Below are positions 54,602-63,446 of a DNA stretch of 63,521 nt, piece by piece. Each line of letters starts with the position of its first letter. Position 1 is the first letter of the stretch. Under the pieces are notes generated by a model. That model had not been told where the DNA came from and made no database searches. It was given only the letters and a program-made list of their open reading frames with translations. This stretch comes from a virus (Duplodnaviria > Caudoviricetes). The stretch lies in IMG/VR virus record IMGVR_UViG_3300027867_000006, positions 1 through 63,521 of that record; one strand, given 5' to 3'. The translations under genes were made by a program, and so were the position numbers.

Positions 54602-54841
54602 TCACGAGAGCTTTCGCCTGAGACGCGGATCGCGCAAGACGATAGCGACCGCGCCGGCTCGAGTGTTCGCGCCCATGTCGTTCAGCATGCGGAAGACCCG
54701 CACCCGGACGGTCTCCGGTTTCGTGTTGGTCAGCTGCGCGATTTCCGGATCGCGCTTGCCTGCGATCAGCCAGCGTAGCAGCTCGAGCTGGACCTCGTTT
54801 GGTTCGAATGCGACACCTTCTTGCATCTGCACGCTCCTCAT
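54602..54841 (-). CDS. LuxR/GerE-type HTH protein
   Basis: LELLRWLIAGKRDPEIAQL....ETVRVRV.RML..MGANTRAGAV. Confidence 0.75.
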   Translation of the reverse strand: MRSVQMQEGVAFEPNEVQLELLRWLIAGKRDPEIAQLTNTKPETVRVRVFRMLNDMGANTRAGAVAIVLRDPRLRRKLS

Positions 54842-55206
54842 TCCGGTATGTCGAGCATCGGTCGCGTCTGGCCTTTCAACGCGTGTGCGCAATCGCCACA
54901 GTAAGTGATCTGACCTTTGAGGACGACGATGTGACAGGTTGTTTTCTCAGGACCCGTCGGTACCCACTTGCCGTCTTCGTACTTACCGGGGCCGCTCGAG
55001 TACTTCAAGCTGGGAGCGAACGTCGGCTTCTCGGTGTTTCCGTCGAACGTCCACATCGGCCACTTCGGCTTGCCCGGCGGCGGCGGGCGGTTCGGTAGAA
55101 TCCAGGTGCGGAAGTAGTGCGAGTATCCGCATCCCTCGCAGAAGATGCGCCAACCAGACTCGACCTTGACGTCTTTCTCGAACATCTCGTATGGGAGGAC
55201 TTTCAA
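54838..55206 (-). CDS. DUF6527-like Cys/His protein
   Basis: CEGCGYSH; WTFDGNTEKPTFAPSL; CH...GQITYCGDCAH. Confidence 0.75.
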   Translation of the reverse strand: MKVLPYEMFEKDVKVESGWRIFCEGCGYSHYFRTWILPNRPPPPGKPKWPMWTFDGNTEKPTFAPSLKYSSGPGKYEDGKWVPTGPEKTTCHIVVLKGQITYCGDCAHALKGQTRPMLDIPE

Positions 55207-56591
55207 TGGCCTCTCCCCAGTTTCGCCCAGACGCCGGCGGCGCCACGGCGCTGGATGTATCCGTCCAGACCGTAGCGGATCGCGTCGATGTAGTGGTTGT
55301 GCGCGTCCACGATCTCCGGCAGGATCACAGGCGCGTTCGTCTTCGGGTCGATCGTCTTCGGGTCGACTTTCCAGCGGTACAAGACCGTCGCTTCCTCGAT
55401 CGTCTTGACGCAGCGCGGATTGATGATGATGATATGAGAGCGCAGGTGAGCGATCCCGTCTTCGACGCTGCCCTTCCACTTCTCAGCGGCGGATATGTTG
55501 AAGCCCTTATTGCGCACGTGGCTGATCGTTTCCGGTCGGCTGTTATCCGACTTGATCGGCCACTTCCGGCTGAGGGCGATCGAGTCGAACATCGCCTCGA
55601 GCTCGTCCAGCTCGATGCCAGTGCCGCCGGCTTCGTACTCGATGTAGATGCGATCGGATTTCTGGTTCGCGTCGTCTTTCTTGATCAAGCCCAGCTCGTG
55701 GCACTTCTTGTTGCTCAGAATGAAGAAGCGCACCAGCGTTGCGGGGTCGCTCGAGAAGCCGTGGTCGTTCCCGAAGTGGATCCGCTGAGCCTGCCGGTAC
55801 AAGTCGTCGGCGAATTCCTCAATGCGTACACGGTCCCCAAGAATGATGGCGTTCGATGCCTTTCGAGGGTGGCCGAGCCACACGTGGTTAAATACGTTGA
55901 TGTCATTTTCGCGGTCCTTCTCCATGACGCGGCGCAGCGCCGCTGGGAAGTACGGATTCTCCGTGTAGTTGACCTTGTGAACGATCGCGCCAGCGGGGGG
56001 CTTGCTGACGAAGCGGCGGTGCGTCGCGCTGTTTTCGTCGGTCACGTTGAACGACACCCACAGCTCGGAATCTTCCTGCCGGAAGACGGTCGGCTCGAGA
56101 TTGATCCAGGAATCCTCGGTGGTGTTCTGTGCCTCAGCCACCCAGGTGATCTTCACGCCCTCGGTCGACTTGATTTCCTCGACGTTGTGGTGCAGGCCTT
56201 TGAAGATGAACTCCGCGCCAGTCTTCCTGTGGCGGATCGTCTTATCGGTGATGTGAAACTCATCTTCGTATCCGAGGCGGTAGATCATGCTCCGCAGCAC
56301 GCGATGGACCGAGTCCGCGATCGAGTTCTGGTACTCGCGTGTACATAAGACGAGCATGTACTCCGTGCGGCAGCGTTCGATCAAGACCTCGGCCATCGAC
56401 CAGTCTTTCGCTGCGCCGCGCCCGCCGTAGAAGACCTTCGTATGACACGGTTCCCACAGGTCGTGAAATGGGCTGCGCTTGTCCTTAGTGATCGATTTGA
56501 AACTCGCCCGGTTGATGCGCTTGCGCCGTTCGGCCGCGATCAGCGCGCCGACGCTAGCGACGGCCGGAGCAAGCGTGTCGAGATCAGTCAT
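55203..56591 (-). CDS. terL: Terminase large subunit (PBSX family)
   Basis: YGGRGAAK; CTREYQNSI; SFN; DHGFSSDP; DNSRPETI; NHYIDAIRY. Confidence 0.95.
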   Translation of the reverse strand: MTDLDTLAPAVASVGALIAAERRKRINRASFKSITKDKRSPFHDLWEPCHTKVFYGGRGAAKDWSMAEVLIERCRTEYMLVLCTREYQNSIADSVHRVLRSMIYRLGYEDEFHITDKTIRHRKTGAEFIFKGLHHNVEEIKSTEGVKITWVAEAQNTTEDSWINLEPTVFRQEDSELWVSFNVTDENSATHRRFVSKPPAGAIVHKVNYTENPYFPAALRRVMEKDRENDINVFNHVWLGHPRKASNAIILGDRVRIEEFADDLYRQAQRIHFGNDHGFSSDPATLVRFFILSNKKCHELGLIKKDDANQKSDRIYIEYEAGGTGIELDELEAMFDSIALSRKWPIKSDNSRPETISHVRNKGFNISAAEKWKGSVEDGIAHLRSHIIIINPRCVKTIEEATVLYRWKVDPKTIDPKTNAPVILPEIVDAHNHYIDAIRYGLDGYIQRRGAAGVWAKLGRGH

Positions 56592-56794
56592 CCGGTCCAG
56601 AAACTCCCGGCGATGTTGATCCGACCGAACTTGCGCGCCTTGTCCGAGGACATCGATCCCGTGAGGGAGACCATCGTCCCCGGCGCCTTGTCGATGATCG
56701 CTAAGAGGGCGCGTTTGATCACCGGGTCGTCCGTCTGCTGCTCGAGCTGCTCAGCCGCTTCCAGCTTCGTGCCCGTGACGGAGATGGTGATCAT
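56588..56794 (-). CDS. Hypothetical protein
   Basis: MITISVTGTK start coupled to upstream stop. Confidence 0.55.
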   Translation of the reverse strand: MITISVTGTKLEAAEQLEQQTDDPVIKRALLAIIDKAPGTMVSLTGSMSSDKARKFGRINIAGSFWTG

Positions 56795-57048
56795 GTCAAT
56801 AGAGCATTGCGTTCGCCACAGGACGGGCAGAACTTCAAGACGTCCAGGTCGTCCCTGAGCAGGTCGATGTCGCTCTTCGCTTCGCCGAGCGCGACCAGAC
56901 GCGGATGCGCATGCGGGTTCGCGGCCCACTTCTCGAACGCAGCGCGACAGCGCTTCTTCGCGGCGGGGAGCTCGCTCAGCTTGAGCAGGTAGTTCTCGTC
57001 ACCTGGGCCACGCGGGTGATGCAGCGCGATGATGTGATCGCAGCTCAT
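56791..57048 (-). CDS. Zn-ribbon hypothetical protein
   Basis: CDH...FCPSCG. Confidence 0.6.
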   Translation of the reverse strand: MSCDHIIALHHPRGPGDENYLLKLSELPAAKKRCRAAFEKWAANPHAHPRLVALGEAKSDIDLLRDDLDVLKFCPSCGERNALLT

Positions 57049-57374
57049 GCGACGAGATGGTTGGCCTTCGCGATCAGCAGCATGAAGTCAGCGCAATTAT
57101 CCAGCCAAGCTTCGGGCACTTCGTTGTCTTGCAGTGCGCGGGCGATCTCGCACAGCGGACATGACCCATTCAGCGCTTGCACGCCGAACTCGCGGGCCTT
57201 CGACGCGATCTCAAGCGTGGCGACGACATACGGATCGAATTCTTCTCGGCTGGCTTTGCCTTCGAGCCAGAGTTTGCCGTGAACGGATGCGAGCTCAGGT
57301 CGGATCAGCTTTTTCAGGCCGCGGCGATCGAGCTCATGAATCAGGTCGTGGCTGTGTCCGTTGCAGATTCTCAT
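57045..57374 (-). CDS. Hypothetical protein
   Basis: AGGAG SD; CNGH...FDP...CPLC. Confidence 0.65.
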   Translation of the reverse strand: MRICNGHSHDLIHELDRRGLKKLIRPELASVHGKLWLEGKASREEFDPYVVATLEIASKAREFGVQALNGSCPLCEIARALQDNEVPEAWLDNCADFMLLIAKANHLVA

Positions 57375-57382
57375 GTCGGCTC

Positions 57383-59110
57383 CTAAGGGAATGCAGCTTC
57401 AATGGCTTTCCGACCGAATTCGGCTTCCATCACCATCATCACCAACGACTCTTTGTCAGCGCCTTTGACATCGACAATCTTGTGATGCTGCTTGACGATT
57501 CCTTCCAAGGTCTGCCGATCTTTGGACTTCAACTGAGCGTACCTCGCTTTGACTTTGTCGGGATCGTTGTATGCGTCCTTGGCGCGCTTGAGATATATCG
57601 ATCCTTTGTCCCCACCCCATTCGCCGACATGCTTGCCGTCTGCGCCGATCGCTGACGCGATGTCTTTGTCACCCTCGAACCGCGTTGCACCCGCAGCTTT
57701 CGCAGCAGCGCGCCACGCGCCGTAGGTCTGGTACTCGCGTTCACCAAGATGATTGAGCGCGTCTTTCGTTCCTTTGACCGCGGCTTCCCACGCGGCTTGC
57801 TGCTCGGGCGTGCGCCATTGCAGATGCTTCGCGTAGTGCTGCATGTCCGCGTCGGTCGGGACGGGCTTCATCTTCGCGGCCGTGGTGCGGATGTAGTTCG
57901 GCACGGACATGTCGTGCGTGCGGTGATCCTCGGGTGTGGTCATGCGATCGAACTTGGCCAACTCCGCGATGAGTTCCTTCTCACGGCGCTCGAGCTGACC
58001 GACGGACGGATCGTAGCCTTTGCTTTTCTTCGCTTGCGCTAACGCGGCGCGCACGCTCTTGAGCTTGCTCTCGACGACCTGGTAGCGCGAGACGCCAAGA
58101 CCGGGCTCCGCGCTGTCCTTGACGCCCAAGAACGATTTGAGCGACGCGGTGCCTTCGCCACGCTTGGTCGACTGGCCCGTCTTCGATCCTTTCGGAACGA
58201 AGCTCCAGTTGCCGCCGTACAGGTGCACGTCCCCGCGTGAGGAAGAGAACTTCGCGCTGGACTCGTGTCCGCCTGTCGCACCCGCGGCTTTCCAGCCGGC
58301 CGCAGCGATCGCTTTTTTGTTCTCGGCGTGAGAGGACTTCATTCCCTCCTGGCGCTGCTTCTCCTCGCGATTGACCGTCGCGTCGGACTTCTTCGGGCCT
58401 GCGCTCTTGCCACCGCCTCCAGACCCGAACTCGCCGTTCGCTGCGCGAGGGTGCTTGTTCTCCTCGAAGCGACCGGCGTCCTTCTGCCCGAGTGCTGCGC
58501 GCATGCGCTTCGTCACGGCAAGAGCTTCCTCCTTCGACTTGAACAATCGGCCTTCGCTCGCGGCTTTCTTGTGCCACTCGTTCGGGAGATAAGTGTTCGA
58601 CGTGAACCCCGTCGAGTTGTTCGGATTCGGGATGTAGTAGCGCTCGCCTTCCTTCCAGATGGCGTCTCTTGATCCAAACGCCTCGCGCTGAGCTCCAGGA
58701 TGTGCCGCTTCGATCGCTCGAGCGCGTTCCTTGATCGAGGCCATCGCCTCTTTTGAGGGGTAGTTGTTCGAGTTGCCGGCGATACGAAAAGCCGTCTTGA
58801 GTTCCGAAACGGCTTGAGCTCGCGTCATCGTCTTCGGGTCCTTGCCCCACGAGTCCATCGCGACGGTGGCGCCGAACTTGAAGCGCAGCTGGCGCATCTT
58901 CTCGAGGAGGCCCGTGAGACGCAGCTTGCCGGTGGCTGACTTGCGTGCTTCCTCCGCCTGGCGCTTGAGCTCGGCGTACTGCTTGCGCGCCTCGGCCTCG
59001 TTCGCCGGTGTCGCTGCATCGTCTTTTCGATCTCTTTGTATGGCGTCGCGTAGCGCAAGGGTCTTTCCGGCTTGGCGAGCGTGATGGATGTGGACGTGGA
59101 CAGCGCTCAT
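57383..59110 (-). CDS. Putative capsid-internal polyprotein (575 aa)
   Basis: ATGA-coupled to terS; MSAVHVHIHH; ~8 basic modules ending in xD; FEENKHPRAANGEF. Confidence 0.7.
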   Translation of the reverse strand: MSAVHVHIHHARQAGKTLALRDAIQRDRKDDAATPANEAEARKQYAELKRQAEEARKSATGKLRLTGLLEKMRQLRFKFGATVAMDSWGKDPKTMTRAQAVSELKTAFRIAGNSNNYPSKEAMASIKERARAIEAAHPGAQREAFGSRDAIWKEGERYYIPNPNNSTGFTSNTYLPNEWHKKAASEGRLFKSKEEALAVTKRMRAALGQKDAGRFEENKHPRAANGEFGSGGGGKSAGPKKSDATVNREEKQRQEGMKSSHAENKKAIAAAGWKAAGATGGHESSAKFSSSRGDVHLYGGNWSFVPKGSKTGQSTKRGEGTASLKSFLGVKDSAEPGLGVSRYQVVESKLKSVRAALAQAKKSKGYDPSVGQLERREKELIAELAKFDRMTTPEDHRTHDMSVPNYIRTTAAKMKPVPTDADMQHYAKHLQWRTPEQQAAWEAAVKGTKDALNHLGEREYQTYGAWRAAAKAAGATRFEGDKDIASAIGADGKHVGEWGGDKGSIYLKRAKDAYNDPDKVKARYAQLKSKDRQTLEGIVKQHHKIVDVKGADKESLVMMVMEAEFGRKAIEAAFP

Positions 59111-59478
59111 GGCAGGGTGACTCCTATCTTTGTGAAGAGTTTCTCGAGTGTGGCCAGCTCTTTGTCGTCGAGCTTGCCGAGACCAGATTTGACCGCTTCG
59201 ATCTGCACAGGGTTGCCCGGGTCTCCGCCGATCTTCGTCGGGAGCAGTCGCCCGAGCAAGCCACTGAAGGATCGTTTGTCTTTTCGGGCGAGAGCAGCGA
59301 ACCATTCCTCGCCGCCTTGCTTGTGCAGCGCGTTGAGGATCATCTGCTTGAGATCCGACGAGAATTTGTTGGGCACGCCCTTGTCGCGGCCGATCTTCCG
59401 GCGCGGGTCGAAGCCCTTCTTGAAGGCGGTGCGCGGAGCTTTACGTGTCGTAGTCTTGCGGCGGTACTTTCTCGTCAT
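59107..59478 (-). CDS. terS: Terminase small subunit
   Basis: FKKG..GRDKGVPNK...LKQMILNAL...GG...F..LLGRLLP; upstream of terL. Confidence 0.75.
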   Translation of the reverse strand: MTRKYRRKTTTRKAPRTAFKKGFDPRRKIGRDKGVPNKFSSDLKQMILNALHKQGGEEWFAALARKDKRSFSGLLGRLLPTKIGGDPGNPVQIEAVKSGLGKLDDKELATLEKLFTKIGVTLP

Positions 59479-59660
59479 CCCATCCCCGTTGAGACTCCAG
59501 CACACAGTCACAAGGTTGCTGACTCACCAGTGCACGCCACACGGCTTTGCACCGTCTAGATTGAGACTTGAGACTACGATTGTACTGCAGGAAGACTAAC
59601 TAGGACAGCGTATGGAAACGCATCCTATCATGCGCGTTCGCGTTTGTCGAATCGGCACAC

Positions 59661-60044
59661 TTACCGAGATTTTGCCTCGAGTACCTGCATGAGAAACTTC
59701 AGCACGCCTTGGAGGGAGTTCCCCGTCGGACGAGACGACGCTCTTACCGCGTTCATATAGATCGAGTAGCCCGTCAACCACACATTCCCGTTCGGTAGTT
59801 CACACAGCACACGAGCCCCCCCTCCACGTTGGGTGCAGTCAGTGTGCCACACGATCTGCTCCGCAGATAGCGGGTCCGGCCAGACTTTCAGCTCGACCCA
59901 CATGTTTTTTCCGGCCCATCCGAGCGAAGTGTCGGGGGTCCCGGGGTCGCATCCTCCAAGAGAAGCTTCGACGCGACAGGCGTGCCCGCGCCATTCCAAC
60001 CGCACGCGCTTCCAGAATCGCTTCTCGGGCCCAGTGCGTCTCAT
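59661..60044 (-). CDS. VRR-NUC nuclease
   Basis: RVE...PGTPD...WVELK...LSAEQIVWH...GG. Confidence 0.85.
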   Translation of the reverse strand: MRRTGPEKRFWKRVRLEWRGHACRVEASLGGCDPGTPDTSLGWAGKNMWVELKVWPDPLSAEQIVWHTDCTQRGGGARVLCELPNGNVWLTGYSIYMNAVRASSRPTGNSLQGVLKFLMQVLEAKSR

Positions 60045-60289
60045 GGCTTCATCCTCAATGACACGGACAGATCCGACAGCACCTCACTGAGCTCGGACAT
60101 ATCCGTGCTCATACCCATCAGCATCTTAGGCACTTCGTCCCACACGCCGATCAGTATCTCGAGTGTTCCGCGTGACACCTCCATGAGATACTGGGGCTTG
60201 GCTCCCTTTAATCGATCGAGCTCTTCGCGAATCTTGTCGAGCTCCTCGAACACCTGCATCGGTACCATGTGCTTCTTCTTCGCCGGCAT
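60041..60289 (-). CDS. Hypothetical protein
   Basis: AGGAG SD; coupled to the downstream gene. Confidence 0.6.
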   Translation of the reverse strand: MPAKKKHMVPMQVFEELDKIREELDRLKGAKPQYLMEVSRGTLEILIGVWDEVPKMLMGMSTDMSELSEVLSDLSVSLRMKP

Positions 60290-60298
60290 CTCAATCTC

Positions 60299-60607
60299 CT
60301 AACGTATGTCCGTTACTCGCCACCTTAGCCGATACCCGCCTTTGCGACCGCGTCCGCTGTCGACTCGCTCGTCTCCTTCGGGTTCCCGGAGGTCGTGACA
60401 CGAGTCGAGTTTCCGGCTCAACCGCTCGATCGCTTTGCGTATCCCTCGGTCTGATACCACGTGCATGTGCTTCTTCAGCATGTAGATCTGCAACTCGCTC
60501 GACGTCACCACTCGATCCCTAGCGCCGAGGGCGATCAGCGCATCATAGTACTGCCACTGGAGCGCTTTTACGTGTGCTGTCTTTTTCACGTTTTTATCTC
60601 CATTCAT
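60299..60607 (-). CDS. Winged-helix DNA-binding protein (start uncertain)
   Basis: VTSSEL...SDRGIRKAIERL...GRKGGYRL. Confidence 0.6.
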   Translation of the reverse strand: MNGDKNVKKTAHVKALQWQYYDALIALGARDRVVTSSELQIYMLKKHMHVVSDRGIRKAIERLSRKLDSCHDLREPEGDERVDSGRGRKGGYRLRWRVTDIR

Positions 60608-60637
60608 TATTGGTAGGACCATATAACCTCTCCGAAG

Positions 60638-60854
60638 CAAACAATTATATGGTAGGTAATTGTTTGGTTTTAGGCTGTATATGATACTACCATTAACGCC
60701 GCACGGGGTAAATCGGCTTTTCCAACGAGCTTATGGTAGTGTTTCGGTCGTTTTGCGAGCCCCCAAATCCACAATTGCAATTGTTCGCGCTGAGCGCTGC
60801 AAATCGACCCAAACACTACCATAAGCACTATTTCACCCCTGAACTACCATTAAC
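60638..60854. repeat. Nested inverted repeats plus CTACCAT iterons (candidate origin)
   Basis: 16-bp IR 60729-60744/60811-60826 centred on the 14-bp palindrome 60771-60784; 10-bp IR 60638-60666. Confidence 0.75.
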
Positions 60855-61271
60855 CGAAAGTACCCTGCCCAGCAGACAGATCCGCCGCCATTCCACTCCG
60901 GTCCCCGTCTGCGCGTTGAACGTCGCCACACCCGGACATTCCTCCCGGGTCAGAGGTGCCCACCCCTCCGAGAACGTCATCCACCCCTCAGGCGACAGCT
61001 CCGACCACGAGTGCGGGCCTCCACGCCGAACGACTCCGCGGCACCGCGTATGGATGCAGCGCTCCATCCACGCGGGCACGCGCCCCCCGGGGATCGGCTC
61101 CGGCTCGTTGCCCCACGTCTCGACCTGCGCGGACCGAACGTCGTCTCCGACGCGCACGCTGACGCGCAGCCGATAGCCTCCATCGTGCGAGGCGTTGATG
61201 AACTCCGTCCCTCGCGGATACGCGACGGCCCAATGACTGACGGCCAGCACTGCGATCAGTATGGCGTTCAT
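60828..61271 (-). CDS. Hypothetical protein with hydrophobic N-terminus
   Basis: GGAGG SD; MNAILIAVLAVSHWAVA. Confidence 0.5.
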   Translation of the reverse strand: MNAILIAVLAVSHWAVAYPRGTEFINASHDGGYRLRVSVRVGDDVRSAQVETWGNEPEPIPGGRVPAWMERCIHTRCRGVVRRGGPHSWSELSPEGWMTFSEGWAPLTREECPGVATFNAQTGTGVEWRRICLLGRVLSVNGSSGVK

Positions 61272-61606
61272 GATCCTCGTCCTCCAACGGTGGGTGATCC
61301 CTTGCGTAACTCGAACGCGAGCGCTGCCGCAGCGTCGCCGCCCCAGGCGCAGCGCACGATGTCCTCGATATACAGCCGGTAGCGCACGCTCTTCAGGGTG
61401 ACGAGGTACACGCGGTTGTACTTGCGCTCTCGCGACCTCTCCGCCCCGGATGCTTGCGGCGTCAGCAGCTTCGGCCGATACGTCTTAAAGCACCACCCGC
61501 CGCGAGACCCGCCAGTCGTCGTCCTCCCTAACGACATGACCCGACCGTCGCGTGCGACGGCGTACAGCCCCGCGAACCCGCACACGGCCTTCCACTCGCC
61601 GCTCAC
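61268..61606 (-). CDS. NUMOD4-domain protein lacking an HNH domain
   Basis: EWKAVCGFAGLYAVARDGRVMS. Confidence 0.65.
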   Translation of the reverse strand: MSGEWKAVCGFAGLYAVARDGRVMSLGRTTTGGSRGGWCFKTYRPKLLTPQASGAERSRERKYNRVYLVTLKSVRYRLYIEDIVRCAWGGDAAAALAFELRKGSPTVGGRGS

Positions 61607-61767
61607 GTCTTCCTCAGAAGGCGAGCTATCGTGCTCTTCTCGCGCACGGGCGTCGCACGCGCCAGCGCGAAACGGCGCCGCACCTCGCGATCTTGCGCCG
61701 CGATCCGACGCGCCTCGGCTCCAGCTACGCGCTGCGCGTATGTCCCTCTGCGCTTCGCTTCACCCAC
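61603..61767 (-). CDS. 54-aa MGEAKRRG-family small protein (not in ORF track)
   Basis: GTG start; MGEAKRRGTYAQRV translated by hand. Confidence 0.6.
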   Translation of the reverse strand: MGEAKRRGTYAQRVAGAEARRIAAQDREVRRRFALARATPVREKSTIARLLRKT

Positions 61768-61776
61768 GGGACTCTC

Positions 61777-62004
61777 TCATGACTTCAGCACCAGGTACTG
61801 CAGCCAGTAGTGGACGAAGTCCGAGATGAGCGCGATCTCATCATCCGTCATCGTCGGGTCGAGCTTGAACTGCCCCGCGTTCCTCGAGTACGGAGGCCGG
61901 CCGCGCAGATCGAGAATGCGCTGCGCTCGTTCGATCACCTGCGCGGTAGTCATGTGTGGCAACCGGTTCGGCTCTCGGTCAGGTGTGTTCATCCCTTCGC
62001 TCAT
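61777..62004 (-). CDS. Hypothetical protein
   Basis: AAGGAG SD; coupled to upstream stop. Confidence 0.55.
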   Translation of the reverse strand: MSEGMNTPDREPNRLPHMTTAQVIERAQRILDLRGRPPYSRNAGQFKLDPTMTDDEIALISDFVHYWLQYLVLKS

Positions 62005-62291
62005 ATCTTCTCCTTTGGGTTAGCAACTTTGAGTAGCCATTCGCCGTGGCACAGTCGAGGTGCACAGCAGCATACGAGATCGCGTCCGTGTAGCACCGTG
62101 CGCACCCGCGTCAGAAAGCGTTCGTCCTTGCTCTTCTCGTCGATGTACAGCACGACCGCCATCTCTCGCGAAACGCCCGGGCGAATGCGGTGGCCATTGC
62201 CCCATGGCGTGCCGCGCATGATGTTCACCGCCCCCTCGGGTGCGTCGCCGTGGCGCACGTTATACAGCCGTGGCTTCTTGCGGACGGTCAT
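62001..62291 (-). CDS. DUF4326 protein
   Basis: IMRGTPWGN...LHGRDLVCCCAPRLCHGEWLLKVAN. Confidence 0.85.
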   Translation of the reverse strand: MTVRKKPRLYNVRHGDAPEGAVNIMRGTPWGNGHRIRPGVSREMAVVLYIDEKSKDERFLTRVRTVLHGRDLVCCCAPRLCHGEWLLKVANPKEKI

Positions 62292-62818
62292 GCCACGGTC
62301 TTCCAGGCCTTGCCGTTCCGGATGGCGCAGACCATGCTCTGAGATACTCCGTGCGCCCGCCCGATCGACGCTTGCGATCCCGTCGCTGCGCGAATCGCCC
62401 GCACCTTATCCGCTGTCAGCTTAACACCAGGCTTGCAAGCTCCCGCGGCGACGTTGATATTTCGGAAATAGTCCATCGGCCCCATGAACAGATTTTCTAG
62501 CCGGCAGTCTCGAGCGTCTTCGTTGCGCTGAGAGATCGCGCACCCGACTGGGATTTTCCCTTTGAATGCTGTCCACACGGCGCGAGCCACGCCGATAGAT
62601 ACTACGTCTCGACTCTCAGCAGAGACGTTCACTCGCGCCGCCAGCCAATCATGGTGGAACCACAATTTGATGAACGTTGGCTTCACCCAGCGCTTCCGTG
62701 TGCCGCCACGCCAGTGGCGCATCTCGACATAACGGCCGATCGACCGGATGCGTCCCTGGTCACTCACCTCGAACCGATGCTCATGCCCATCAATCGGGAC
62801 CCAGCGTTCCTCGCTCAT
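62288..62818 (-). CDS. NUMOD4/HNH-like protein with a degenerate active site
   Basis: WVPIDGHEHRFEVSDQGRIRS; SQRNEDARDCRLENL; C-terminal HTH KLT...GVSQS. Confidence 0.75.
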   Translation of the reverse strand: MSEERWVPIDGHEHRFEVSDQGRIRSIGRYVEMRHWRGGTRKRWVKPTFIKLWFHHDWLAARVNVSAESRDVVSIGVARAVWTAFKGKIPVGCAISQRNEDARDCRLENLFMGPMDYFRNINVAAGACKPGVKLTADKVRAIRAATGSQASIGRAHGVSQSMVCAIRNGKAWKTVA

Positions 62819-63159
62819 GCGTCCTCCTCGGCGAGTCGTCCCCAAAAGTATGTCAGTTCAGCATCTACATCGCCAAGAATATCATCTGTCATGTCAATCT
62901 TGATGTCGTCCCCGCGCAACTTGATGAAACGGAGGCTGATCCATACATCATACGGGATAAATTGCCAGCACCTCTTACAAACAAAGTGTTGAGCGAAGCG
63001 GTAAGCCACGGTAGAAGAAGGATCGTCTCTAAGACGAAGCCATGTCTTACAAGCGCAGGTATGGGTAGCGGTGACAGTGTAGGTCTTGCCCTCCCTTATG
63101 AAGCCGATAGTGCCTTTTGCGTCGATGCAAAGCACTGTGTCGCCGGGCTTGAAGTTCAT
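62815..63159 (-). CDS. Hypothetical protein (FKPGDTVLCID family)
   Basis: GGAGG SD; coupled. Confidence 0.65.
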   Translation of the reverse strand: MNFKPGDTVLCIDAKGTIGFIREGKTYTVTATHTCACKTWLRLRDDPSSTVAYRFAQHFVCKRCWQFIPYDVWISLRFIKLRGDDIKIDMTDDILGDVDAELTYFWGRLAEEDA

Positions 63160-63446
63160 CTGACCTCCGCTTCTTCCTCCGTGATCGTCTCGGCTTGTGG
63201 ATCGACCCCCGGCAGCTTGATCAGCCGGTACGTTGGGACGCCGACGATGATCTTCCCGCTGTTCTCGGTCTCGCCCGTCAGCGCGACGCGCTCTTTCATC
63301 ACTCGAAGACACGACCCGCATTGGCCGAAGTCCTCGATGATCCCCGTGACGTCGAACACCGTGCCCATGCGGTGCGTCGAGCCGCAGCAGTTGCGGGGGT
63401 ACGCGACCAGCACTCGATCCCCCGCCTTTATGTCGTCGCCTCTCAA
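63156..63446 (-). CDS. Hypothetical protein
   Basis: IKAGDRVLV...CC...C..C...RLIKLP; TTG start overlaps the stop of the gene across the genome junction. Confidence 0.65.
   Translation of the reverse strand: MRGDDIKAGDRVLVAYPRNCCGSTHRMGTVFDVTGIIEDFGQCGSCLRVMKERVALTGETENSGKIIVGVPTYRLIKLPGVDPQAETITEEEAEVR

Noticed and set aside
59110-59305. N-terminal extension of the 640-aa ORF as given in the track
   Set aside because: It overlaps terS out of frame. The ATG at 59110 has a GGAG SD and ATGA coupling.
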